This document shows positions 53,450 to 64,000 of a stretch of DNA of 64,000 bases, one piece after another. Below the pieces are notes generated by a model. It ran no database searches and was not told where the DNA came from. It saw only the letters and a list, made by a program, of their open reading frames with translations. The DNA lies in the NCBI GenBank assembly GCA_963833125.1, contig CAWHWX010000016.1, positions 320,001 through 384,000 on the forward strand, in the 5' to 3' direction. Source of the stretch: Candidatus Bathyarchaeota archaeon (lineage in GTDB: Archaea > Thermoproteota > Bathyarchaeia > 40CM-2-53-6). The translations under genes were made by a program, and so were the position numbers. How positions within the stretch are numbered: position 1 is the first letter of the stretch; every line of letters starts with the position of its first letter.

Positions 53450-53921
53450 ATGTCGCACTCCAGGAGATTAGTTATAGGCGGCGTCGCAGTTGCCGCGATC
53501 TTAATCCTCAGTTTTGTAACAGGAATTGTTTCCTTTCCGCCTCCATCCGGTTCGGCTGATAATCTGCCTGTCGTAAGTGTCACGTCGTCGACGTGCGTGC
53601 GGCCGCCAGGATACTTTCTCATAATCGCGGACATCTCTGGGTTCAACGATAGCATAGCCCACGGGGCACCGGTGAACCCGTGGCCGGTCATTCGAGTTCA
53701 GCATGGGGATGTGGTTCACATACTCGTCTGCAACAATGATACCTCTCAGGCCCATGGCTTTGCGATACAGAGTTATTTTGACAAAGGCGTGGTCTTGGCG
53801 CCGGGTGACGCGTTACAAAATCGTTTTCGCAGCCACTGTGCCAGGCACGTTCATATTCTATTGTAACATCTTTTGTACCGTTCATGCTTTCATGGTGGGT
53901 CGCCTGATTATCTCTAACTAA
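53450..53921 (+). CDS. Membrane-anchored cupredoxin (CuA-like); frameshift near 53812
   Basis: WPVIRV..GD, AHGFAI, GTFIFYCNIFCTVHAFM. Confidence 0.8.
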
Positions 53922-53989
53922 TTCGCCATGATGAGTGTAGCTCCAAGAAGAGTGATCGTGGCCAAGGGTTCAGAGTCGGGGTTTGCTAG

Positions 53990-54523
53990 ATGAGAGTTCG
54001 TATGAAGCTGGTGTGGGGCGTAGCGCTCGTGTTGGCAGGAGTTATCTTGATGGCGGTATCAATCACGCCGACACCTGCCCCGCCGGTTACCATCTTATGG
54101 AATCAAAGCGGGATTGCAAACGAGAATGGGGTGTATTTTGACTCGATAACCATTCATAATTACGGATCGTCGAATGTGACGGTCGTCGTCGTGATTGAAG
54201 ACTTAGTTGATACGCATCCACGAGTTTCGGACCCTGTTACGTTATGTCCAAGTTGCACCGCCACTGTGCAGATTGAAGCAACTCAACCGTCCCCAAACCT
54301 GAGTTACGATCAATTCTCATTGTACACCAAGCAGCTCAGCAACCCCGAATCTTACAACGTAGAGTATCTTTCGACTGTGCTGCGATCCAAATTGGACAAC
54401 TATCTGACGACCGGTGGTGCCGTCGCTATCCTCTTCGGCGTATTCATAATGGTCCGAAGCCTCAGGCCAAGCAAATCGCGGAGTCATAAGACAAAGCGAT
54501 CGCGCGCAAGATCGCGTACTTAA
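53990..54523 (+). CDS. Hypothetical two-TM membrane protein with CPSC motif
   Basis: Hydrophobic N- and C-terminal helices, basic tail. Confidence 0.55.
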   Translation: MRVRMKLVWGVALVLAGVILMAVSITPTPAPPVTILWNQSGIANENGVYFDSITIHNYGSSNVTVVVVIEDLVDTHPRVSDPVTLCPSCTATVQIEATQPSPNLSYDQFSLYTKQLSNPESYNVEYLSTVLRSKLDNYLTTGGAVAILFGVFIMVRSLRPSKSRSHKTKRSRARSRT

Positions 54524-55058
54524 CCGACCACATAACCAAGCTTGTGAACCCCATCTGCCCTTGTTCGTACGGCCAGTACGCGATCATGCCGGTCGTTGTT
54601 GCAGATTTCACAAAAACAACTCCTGTCATCCATGGATGCGGATCGCAGTGATATGGGTACGTCCCTGCTCGCAGAAACGTATGTGTGAAACTGTCGCCTG
54701 CTTGAATTAACCCCGAGTTGAACTCGGGAATGTTACTGTGAGCCGTGTGCCAGTCCGAGTCTTCGTTCTTCCAAACCACGGTATTGTTGACTCCAATCAC
54801 TATCGTGATTTTAGATGGTTCGAATCCCAAATGAAGGTTCTCACTCGCCCCGTTAGGAATGATGACCACCACTACGGTGGGAGTACTTGGTATCAGATTG
54901 CTGTAGAAGAGTACTCCAACAGCAACTAAGGATACGGTTACGATTAGCGCTATACCAATCGCAGCGAACCGCCTACTCCGTAACCGACTTTGCTTGGGCC
55001 TCGTTCGTCGATTAACTCTCTTTCTGGATCTATTTCTACGAGGGCCTCTCACGTGCAA
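54462..55058 (-). CDS. Plastocyanin-type blue copper protein, membrane anchored
   Basis: FEPSKI, WKNED..HT, YPYHCDPHPWM. Confidence 0.88.
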   Translation of the reverse strand: MHVRGPRRNRSRKRVNRRTRPKQSRLRSRRFAAIGIALIVTVSLVAVGVLFYSNLIPSTPTVVVVIIPNGASENLHLGFEPSKITIVIGVNNTVVWKNEDSDWHTAHSNIPEFNSGLIQAGDSFTHTFLRAGTYPYHCDPHPWMTGVVFVKSATTTGMIAYWPYEQGQMGFTSLVMWSVKYAILRAIALSYDSAICLA

Positions 55059-55226
55059 CCCCAGGATAATCCCTTAGCAGCTATTTCCTGTATTTAACAT
55101 CGAATCGAAACTCGCAGGAGAACAATCCTAAGTCCGATAAATTGCACCATTAATTTCTATTGGTACAATCATCGGGAGAACCAACGTTTGCAAAGCTTGT
55201 TAAATTGAACGGCCGTAAATTCTAGC

Positions 55227-55589
55227 GTGGAGAGTCGATTGCAAGTTCACCTAATTGGTTTCGGGAAGGTTTCGGTACTTCTGGCTGCACTGGGGCTACT
55301 CGTCGCAAAGTTCGATATTCATATGGCGATTCACGTGGTAGGCATCGCGCTTGCAGCTTTGCTCGCAGTAGTTTCATGTAATTCATACTTGAGAGATCGT
55401 AGACCTAAGATTCTTTTCCTGAGCGCTGCATTTCTCCTCCTTGGAGTACAGCAGGTGATGGAGGCATTAGAATCGCTTGGTTTCGCGGTGGTGAATGCGC
55501 CCTTGCCTTTCATTGGTATCGAGCTTTTGCACGTAGTTAGTTTTGGGACGGTTCTATTTCTTGCCGTCGGCGTTCTAAAGAAAGCATAG
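55227..55589 (+). CDS. Small membrane protein, possibly sensor partner of the wHTH regulator
   Basis: Four hydrophobic segments; directly upstream of wHTH gene. Confidence 0.55.
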   Translation: MESRLQVHLIGFGKVSVLLAALGLLVAKFDIHMAIHVVGIALAALLAVVSCNSYLRDRRPKILFLSAAFLLLGVQQVMEALESLGFAVVNAPLPFIGIELLHVVSFGTVLFLAVGVLKKA

Positions 55590-55627
55590 AAATTGCGAAT
55601 GGTGCACTTAGGGGACGATCGAAGCCT

Positions 55628-56152
55628 GTGAAGACTGTACATGTTGGATATCGAGCGCAACGACTACTTGATGTTGTAAAGCTGCTTCCCGGCATACACT
55701 TGAGGGAGGCGCAACGTCGAACCGGGCTCGGTTTGGGCAACACAGTCTATCAGCTTCAGAAATTGGAATCCCTAGGGCTGATCGATTCGGAGAAGTGCGG
55801 GAGATATCGTAGGTACTATCCTCCTAACATCAATGTGGCTGATCGGAGGATGCTTTCGGTGCTCCTGAACCCGAGCCGCCGGCGGATCATTCAGCTATTA
55901 GTTGCAAAGCATGCGTTGAACGTCTCCGACCTATGTGTCAAATTGAGTCTAGGTAAGTCCACGACCCTTTGGCATCTTAAGATCCTAGAATCAGAAGGCT
56001 TGGTAAATTCTCCAGTTGGCTTGCCAGATTCAGACCTTTGGCACCTTAGGGATCCTCGAAATGCGAACCGTATCCTCTCTAAATTCAATCAGAACGCTCT
56101 GGATAGTTTGAGTGAATCGTTCCTCCAATCCTGGGATTTGATTGGGGACTAG
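55628..56152 (+). CDS. Double winged-HTH transcriptional regulator
   Basis: PGIHLRE..YQLQKLE..GLI, STTLWHLKILE..GLV. Confidence 0.82.
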   Translation: MKTVHVGYRAQRLLDVVKLLPGIHLREAQRRTGLGLGNTVYQLQKLESLGLIDSEKCGRYRRYYPPNINVADRRMLSVLLNPSRRRIIQLLVAKHALNVSDLCVKLSLGKSTTLWHLKILESEGLVNSPVGLPDSDLWHLRDPRNANRILSKFNQNALDSLSESFLQSWDLIGD

Positions 56153-56212
56153 TGTAGCGATCTATGAAATGTCCGTTGGGATATTTGGTGCTCTGAGTCT
56201 CTAGGCGGGGCG

Positions 56213-59020
56213 TTACCGGATGCGGGCTTTGCGTTTCATTCTTCTCTGGCCGAGTACGAGGGCAGCAATAGTCGCTGACCCAACAATTACTGCAACAATA
56301 ACCGCAAGTTGGACGAAATCAGAGTTATTGGCGTTCGATACAAGTTGTAGAGCGGATGTTGTCGAGGTCAAGACGCCAAGGACGTTGCTTGCGGGGAGGG
56401 TGAACCACACATTTCCCGATTGGTCAACAGATAGGAGTTGAACGTCAGACATGTTGTTTGGGACGGGAAAATTGCTGAAGGTATGTGTTGAAAGGTCCAG
56501 GCTGCCTAAGGCGTTGGCGATATGTTCCACGAACCAGATCGTGTTAGCGTGGTAGGTTATCCCGAATGGAAAAGCCTGAGGGGTGGGAATCGTGTATGAG
56601 TAGAAGGATTGATTCTTTGGATCATATTGCGTGATTCGGTTTCCAGCGTGTTGTGTGAACCAGATTGATCCGTCCGGCGCGGTCGTAATGCCCGTTGGGC
56701 CCAGTAGTGTTCCATTCCCAGGTTGAAATTCGCTAATCATACCATTCTGTGGGTTGACCACTTCCGATTTTCCCACCCTTTGACTCTGTAAACCACACGG
56801 ACCCGTTTGCATCTACCGTTGTTTGGATCGGTATGGCATCGGCCGTTGGAATTTGGAATTCGGTGATGTTACCTGTCGATGGATTTAATCGTCCGATCTT
56901 GTCGCCGATTTCTTCAGTGAACCAAATGTTCCCATTGTTATCAGCGGTAATCCCTCCTGGTACTGCGCCCGAGGTGGGGATGGAGTATTGCTTGAAAGTG
57001 TTAGTTGTGGGATCGAACTTTACTATCTGGTTATACTGGGTTTCAGAAGCCCACACGGATCCGTTATCATCAATTGTAAGGTAGAATGGTCTCGACCCTG
57101 CTTGAGGAAGAGAGAATTCGCTTAAAGTTCCAGATGTAGGGTCGTAGCGGGCTATGTTCCCAGATCCGCTTTCCGCGAACCAGATCATTCCGCTCTTATC
57201 GACAATGATTCCGTAGGGATTGGCGTCACTGGATAAGGGTAGCTCGGAGAATCTTAAGGAGATGAGTGGGACGTTAAATTGGAACGGAACGACTACATCA
57301 AATCCTCCCGATCTTTGCGCCCAAACCTCCGCCTGCCAGTTTCCTGAGAAGCTTAGGTACGTGCCATCTAACGAGTAAATGCCCTCGTTTGATGAGGCGG
57401 TTGCATTGGCTTGCGACACGCCAATATTCCTGTCCAAATACTTGAATTTCACGAAAACTGATCGAACATCTGTAATCGAAGTTCCTTGCGGATTCGTGAA
57501 ATCGATTTCAAAATGATTGTCACCTACCTGGAATGGAAAAATCTTCACAGTCACATTCACGCCTTGGTCTGAGTAACCTCGAAGAATGAACGGAGGGGGT
57601 TGGTACGTCGGAGGAGGGGATGGTGTTTGCGCAACAGGGGCGCTAGCCGTTAGAAGTCCTACTACGAGCAGCAAGATTACGCCCAGAGTTAACTCTGATC
57701 GGATCGATAGTTTGAATCTCCCCAGCCAATGCGTGGAACGTCGTTGATTGACTCGCGTTGCTTTGACAGGTCCCGCTGTAATTTTGTTGTAGAGAAAGAA
57801 TTGATTGGAAGCACCCAGTATAATCATCGGCGCGAAGATTGCTATTTTTACGAGAATAATTCTTCCGTAAGGGGTGGCGAATAATGCGGTTAAACTTCCA
57901 ACCTCCAAAACCAAATTATAGATCCCCGTTATCCCGATGACTCCGACGCAAGTTACAGCTACGGATGAGAAACGCCTGAGTAAGCCAGCTACGAGTTTTC
58001 GCTTGGCTTCGTTTAGATTATTCATGGAGGCGATGGCTACGGCAAAATAAGCTAAGCCTCCTACCCAGGCTCCTACGGCAACTAAATGAAGCCAATCTGA
58101 GAGGAGGTTGATTACCGGGTCATAGATTGTGGCTGCCGCGTTGTGACTCGAAACGCTTGTGGAAAGCGACAGCAGCAACCCTATCGCCAATACTAAGCTC
58201 CAACTTCTCTTCGAGGGGTTCTTTGCTCGCATGATGATTATCGAGGCTGCGAGAGCTGCAACAACGAACGGCTAACCGGAATATCCAGTACTCGCCGAGT
58301 TGAGTTGATGAAACAATGGTATAGGCAGTCGTCAAAACGTTGACTATCGAAGGCGAGGCGGCGGCTGCAATTGCTTCAACAATCAACAATAACCAAGTTG
58401 CCACCACTCCAACGATCACCGAGAGCGTTAGTAGCCGTGAAAATCGCGACGATACCTTGCGGCCGTATTCATCGGAGGTCTCGTTACGAGCTCTCGTTGA
58501 CCGTAGGAATCCAAACGACGAGAGCGAAGATTCCTCCGCCTAGAAACATTACGTCAATTAGAACGTTTAGCCAACGTTCGGCCACTTCGAGAGCTGAGGG
58601 AAATGTGTACGCGGTGCTATTGTTATTCTGTTGAACGGGTATGGTTACGTTTCCGATACCGAATGAAAACGATCCGCTCGTGTGATGTCCGTCCACGGCT
58701 GAGATTGCGTGCCAAGAGACCGTGTATACTCCAGAGGATAGCGTTGGCAAACTCAGAATGAGGATCGTGGCGTCCGTGGGGCTGACGGAGTAGCCAGTAT
58801 CGACTTCTTTACCTGTTGAATCATATACCGCTGCTCCGCTGAGTTTCGGCTCTAATTGTTCGGTAAAGTAGAGAGTTACTTGATGTGGCGAGGAAGGGAG
58901 GATGCTGTTAGCAGGAGGATCTGACCGAATTAGATTCGCGTGAGCGTAAGCAGGAGTTACGAATCCTGCTATCAATAACAGCGTTGCGAATGTGAGTAGT
59001 ACTAAGGCGCGATTGCTCAT
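56213..59020 (-). CDS. CopC-CopD-YtkA-like-Vgb propeller fusion copper protein; three frameshifts
   Basis: HANLIRSDP/SAVDGH (CopC); SHNAA, DWLHL..WVGG, RFS (CopD); GxIWFxE repeats (Vgb-like); C-terminal TM. Confidence 0.8.
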
Positions 59021-59051
59021 AGCACTCGCGTCATATCAGTTTCCGTCTGCT

Positions 59052-59776
59052 CTATTTCCTGTTTGGTCGGCGTTTGCGGCCTCGGTTCATCGCAATTAAG
59101 CCCGAGACGACTCCAATTACTCCGATCGCAACACCGACTACCGCAAACAGTATAGGCTGTTTGAATGCTATCCTGCATCTGGGTGACTTGCGACTGTAGA
59201 GTTGAGATTTGCGATTGTGCATTGGTCAGGGCCGTTTGAAGATCGCTCCCGGAGGCACTTGTGTTGTGGGAATTGGATTTCCGAGGCTGGGTCTACGCAT
59301 TCGTAGGTTGTCGGTCCGCATGTGAACGTTTCGTTTACAGCTGTCGCACCGATGTTTCCGAATATTATGAACGAGATCGTCCCTGGCACCGTGGGTTCTA
59401 CTTCCGCTGTATATTCGCCGAAGAATAAGGGAGGGACATCGTTCGACAAGTTGGGCGAGAAACTAAGCGTCGTTGACTGTCCTCCTAAGACAACCGTCAC
59501 CCGTAGGCTTTGGTCGAGTCCATAAACGGGGCATGAAGTACTGACAGTACCTTGCGGGCATGTTCCGTTAATATAATGAGCCCAAAAATCAACGGCGTTT
59601 ATTTCATTCGCATACGCGGGTTCATTGACCCATCCAACGACAAATTCAATCTGCTGCCCGTTTATCGTTAGAACTCGATGAGTGTGAGCCCAAGCCGAGG
59701 GCGCAGAGGCTAGTAATATGACAGACACGAACATTACTATCGCTGGTATGCCAATCCTAGCTTTCATCAAGGCCAC
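59052..59776 (-). CDS. Secreted membrane-anchored protein with N-terminal His after signal; frameshifted
   Basis: SAWAHTH, VGWVNEPAY, PTVPG, IQFP, C-terminal TM in another frame. Confidence 0.6.
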
Positions 59777-59903
59777 CTTAATCTTAGGAGAGAACGGATC
59801 GCGAGTAAGGGTTAAACTTAGTTAAGCCATTTGGTACAAAATTCGAAGCCTACAAGATTAGAAGGGACGATCGATCCAAGATTAACAGTTATGTGGTGTT
59901 CGT

Positions 59904-60705
59904 ATGCCTGGTGAACTGGTTAACTCCGCTGAGGCTGTTCTAGCTACATTCATCTGTCTTTACCTGGGAATTTTCAGTCCATTCCTAATTGCCGGGAAGT
60001 CGAGTTCCCGATTGAAGGTATCTGATGGCGCTTGCCTCAGGCATTATGTGCTGGTCTTTTGTCGACATAATGAACGACTCGGCCTTGCTCGGTGTCAATC
60101 AAGGCTTCAGTGGCGGACTAATTCACGTTTTCCTGGCCGGAGTCTTTGCGGTTGCCTTGGTCGTTCTGTTTTGGTTGGATCGACTCTCAACGAATACCGG
60201 ACGCGGAAAGAGACGGGATATGATGCTCTCTTATGGGACGGCTCTCATTGTTGCGTTGGGTGTTGGGTTTCATTCTTTGGGTGAGGGCGTGGAAATTGGT
60301 TCTTTGGTTGGCTATTCCTACGCGATAGCTGGGGTATCCTCGAATCTGATTACGGCCATTGGCGGGCTATCATCCGGTGTGGCATACCTCATGCACAAGT
60401 TCCTAGAGGGACTCGTAATTGGGGTCTTCGCGACAGCAGTGAAGGCCCGTTTCGGGCGGATCCTCGTCCTTGGTCTGTTGGCCGGTGTACCTACCACTCT
60501 AGGGTTGGCGGCGGCGCTCATGGTGCCGATCGATTCAACCGTCTTCTTCGCGTCCGGGGCCGCGGCCGTCATCTATATCGAATACAAGCTGATACCCAAT
60601 CTTGCACGCGGGGATCGTGCCGTGTTTTACCTTGCCTTCTTCCTTCTGGGCTTCTACCTGATGTATTTGGCAGGCCTTTTCCATTCCTATACCTCCATTT
60701 TCTAG
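59904..60705 (+). CDS. ZIP-like divalent metal transporter; frameshift near 60020
   Basis: GFHSLGEG, HKFLEG motifs. Confidence 0.75.
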
Positions 60706-60910
60706 CTGTAATCGAACCGCTTGATTTGTCCACATAGCAAAATTGGCCACATATACTGTGGTTAACGGTGGGACCCAAGGTGGATGTCTAAAACGGCTGC
60801 CTGTCTTGACAGGCTTTAGCATGCGTTGCGTCAAAACCCCAGAAATATCGGCAGGCTGGAGAGGCGATGAAGATGAAGATGCAAGCCACTCCAAAGGACG
60901 TTAGACGTCG

Positions 60911-61861
60911 ATGAGCTACTCGTTGAGCAGACGATTAGTGTTCGCCAGTACCGTCGTGTTACTTGTAACCTGCTTAATAAGTCAAACATGGCATCCGGCC
61001 TATGCCCACTTCAACACGAAAGCCCCAGACACAGACGTTCTGCTGACGTGGCCTATCGCTGGCAGTTACTCGATGAGCTTGGATGTGAAAGTTCTCAGGT
61101 CACCAGTTTCGAACGCTGCAATATATTGGGGATATCAGTTCCAATTCGCGAATAACGAGACCGGGTACATCACCCTAGGTGTAGGTGGTGACTCTAAGCT
61201 TGTCAGCTTCGGAATATTCGATGCCGTACAGGGAAATCCTAACAACTCAAGTGGCGTGTGTGACAATGTCATTGGATTCCTAAACACTGGTATTGGTAAT
61301 GCTTGTTTCATATTCTACAATTGGAATATTGGATACGATTACCGACTCCAAATTGCGAGAATTGCGGACCTAAACGGGAGTGAACAATGGCAAGGGAGTG
61401 TATTCGATTATTCGGCAAATTCTACATCGAATATCGGAAAAATCCTTGTATCCCAAACTTATGGGCAGTTAGGCACACTCACATCAACATGGGATGAGTA
61501 TGCGATCGCTTCGTCCTGTGACACACCACCCGCAAGTGCAATTTTCTCCTACCCATATGCTATGAACGATGCAGGCAACCACGCCCCCAGTTCAGCTGAA
61601 CTCACATATGGTAACACAACCTGTCAGGATTCGAACGTACAATACCTGGGCGGCGGAGCGTATGAGGCGGATGCAGGAAGCAATGTCACTCGCACAACGT
61701 CCGCCAAGACTTGGTTATGGACGCAAGAGCCAACGCTGACTTCTCAGAGCCAAACCTCGCTACCGGTTCCAGAGATCACCTTTGGTGAACCCGTCTTTCT
61801 TGTAGTCATAATGATTTCAGCAATTGTAGCACCAGCTCTGTTGCGGCACACACGTCACTAG
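60911..61861 (+). CDS. Secreted protein (DUF3472-like) with VPE-type C-terminal sorting tail
   Basis: Signal peptide, YWGYQF..GY, YNW..G, VPEI + TM + RHTRH. Confidence 0.6.
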   Translation: MSYSLSRRLVFASTVVLLVTCLISQTWHPAYAHFNTKAPDTDVLLTWPIAGSYSMSLDVKVLRSPVSNAAIYWGYQFQFANNETGYITLGVGGDSKLVSFGIFDAVQGNPNNSSGVCDNVIGFLNTGIGNACFIFYNWNIGYDYRLQIARIADLNGSEQWQGSVFDYSANSTSNIGKILVSQTYGQLGTLTSTWDEYAIASSCDTPPASAIFSYPYAMNDAGNHAPSSAELTYGNTTCQDSNVQYLGGGAYEADAGSNVTRTTSAKTWLWTQEPTLTSQSQTSLPVPEITFGEPVFLVVIMISAIVAPALLRHTRH

Positions 61862-61887
61862 CTTCACAACTGAACTTGGCCAGTTGA

Positions 61888-64000
61888 TTGGCCAAAAGTA
61901 CCAATAGAGTAAAATTAGGGTTTGAAGCGTTTCGCCCAAATCTGATCAGTTTGCACGCGAAAGCATTGGCATTGCTAGTCCTTGCCATATTCTTCATCGG
62001 ATTAATCGCACCTTTTCAGATGGTCGGCGCGGAAAGGGCGCTCGCTAAACTTGACCCGACCCTCATAGACCGGCTTGAGGGCGTTCAGCAACCAGGTTTA
62101 CGCGTTCAGGGAAATTCAGTCTTTGTCTTCGTGGGTCTTAACTCCGGTTATGCTGCAAGAGATGTTGCAGGTTACATGTCGGCTAAGTTCGAGGTTGGAC
62201 CTTCTCATTCCCCATTCGCTGTTTATGGAACTACTAGCGTTGCTTCGCTCCTAGACCTAGCTTCGTCGCCAGCAGTGTCCTACATTTTTCCGGACGTGAA
62301 GCTAGGCTTCGAACAAATGAAACCTGACCCAGAGGTCTATAGTCAACATTTGGCCACGGACATGTTCAAGGTTAGGCAGATCATCGGCGCGGATCAGGTT
62401 AACCAGCTCGGCATCTCGGGAAACAACGTCACAGTTGCAGTCGTGGATACCGGAACCGATTTCACAATACCTGACCTCCAGAACGCGGTTGCAAGAAACA
62501 ATTTAGGCCAAGCGATCTCGTTCGATCCTGACGGGCAAAGCTTGGCTATCACGAACTTGACCGTGACAAGGTTCGGAGGCGTACTGGCAACCGCCGGGAA
62601 GACTGTCAGCGTTTGGAACCCACCCAGCTACGTCAGCACTAACCCAAGTCAGCCGCAGATCGAGAAAGGTGCGGTTGCACTACAATTACGTGGCTCCAAC
62701 GGTACTCTCAAAGTCCGGATACTACCATTTCGGCCTGTTAACTGAGGAACTCTCGGATGTAATTTCAGGGTCCACGGTCGACCTCGCGTTCCCAGTTGTG
62801 GTTATTGATGCTCATCAAGCTGGGGTTTATGATACAGTCTTTGTCGATATGTCCACGGCATATTACAATTTCCTGCTAAACTACCGGGATAGCTCTAAAA
62901 CGCGAATGCCGCGCAAACCCTCAACCTGAACCTGACATGGCCGTCTCCTCAACCCAGCTGGAATGATCATGGCTTTGCCGATGAGCAGCCACATACCGCC
63001 TCGCCAGGCCACGACCTAATCTTCTTCGACCCGAACAATACAGGTGTCCCAGTATTCAGCGCCGGAATACTCGCCTACGGACTCGATCTGGGCGGGTACA
63101 CCGGCACGAATTACGCATTACTTCCTCCAATCGATCCGAACGGGAATTTCATCAACGTTTACTTCGATTTCGAAAGTCATGGAACGAGCACTGCTTCTAA
63201 TGTTGCTTCGCGTGGAATTCTGAAGCGTGATATATACCAAAACGGAACCCTGCTCACGTTACCCGGAATCGCCCCCACGGCCAAAATCATGGGGGTAAAA
63301 GCTCTTTGGCTTGGAGACACGACATTCGCATGGTATTACGCGGCTGGGTTCGACTGGAATGCAACTGATTTCAGTTTCAAATACACAGGAAACCACCGGG
63401 CCGACATTATAAGTAATAGTTGGGGAGACTCAGACCCAATCGCTGACCTAGGTTCAACTTTCGGTCTCGATCTTGAAAGTCAATTAGCCGACGCATTCAC
63501 CATACCCCATTATCTCGATCCTGCCTACCCCGGCGTCGTAATGCTTATCGCGGCAGGGAACGGTGGATTCGGATACGGTACAACCGCCTCGCCGGGAGCT
63601 GCAACACTCCCCATAACAGTAGGCGCATCAACGAGCTATGCCTACCGAACTGCGCCTGGTACTCACATAGCGCATGAGATTCAAGGCAGCTATGACGAAG
63701 TTGTTCCATGGAGCGCACGGGGACCAACATCAACCGGCGAACCCAAACCAGATGTGGTGGACGTAGGAGCATTCGGATTCACTGATCAAACAACATTCAC
63801 AGGTTACGGTAACAGCACCAGTGCCTACACGATATTCGGCGGAACAAGTATGGCCACACCTGTCACCGCCGGAGCTGTTGCATTGGTGATAGAAGAGTAT
63901 CGAAACACCCACGGAGGCGCGACACCCGCTCCCGACCTTGTAAAAGCCATTCTAGCAAGTACCGCTACAGATCTGTCATACGACCAGTTTACACAGGGAT
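61888..64000 (+). CDS. Large secreted S8 subtilase, 3' partial, frameshifted
   Basis: Catalytic triad motifs VAVVDTG, SHGT, GGTSMATP; AAGNGG, KPDV. Confidence 0.88.

Noticed and set aside
60799-60814. Perfect inverted repeat GCCTGTC-TT-GACAGGC
   Set aside because: Single short copy; could be an operator or terminator but has no further support.
1-64000. CRISPR arrays, rRNA, intact transposases or defence systems
   Set aside because: None recognised by eye; most short antisense ORFs in the track are shadows of real genes.

Overview
Archaeal (TACK-type, most likely Bathyarchaeia or a non-AOA Nitrososphaeria lineage; inferred from gene content) chromosomal window. About 20 genes are split by single-base frameshifts, probably long-read consensus errors. 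1-6.8 kb is a conserved tRNA-processing cluster (Trm11, RNase Z, UPF0201, UPF0200, ThpR, class I CCA enzyme, kinase). It is followed by the main finding: a tRNA-Pro(GGG) gene (6836-7018) interrupted by FOUR bulge-helix-bulge introns, all at non-canonical positions (15/16, 20b/21, 30/31, 45/46), with a short integrase-like remnant at its 3' end. Accessory blocks follow: PEF-CTERM-like secreted proteins; an amino-sugar/Amadori-type catabolic cluster (3 SIS proteins, BadF-type kinase, 2 PfkB kinases, epimerase, PLP enzyme, Opp-type ABC); F420 enzymes; an apparently circularly permuted MscL; kdpABC and amt. The 43-61 kb region is a copper/electron-transfer island: three cupredoxins, DOMON-heme/Rieske/cytochrome b with a His-to-Lys heme-ligand change, CtaG-like protein, CopC-CopD-Vgb fusion, and a metal ABC transporter with a NikR-like regulator and candidate operators. 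A partial subtilase ends the window.
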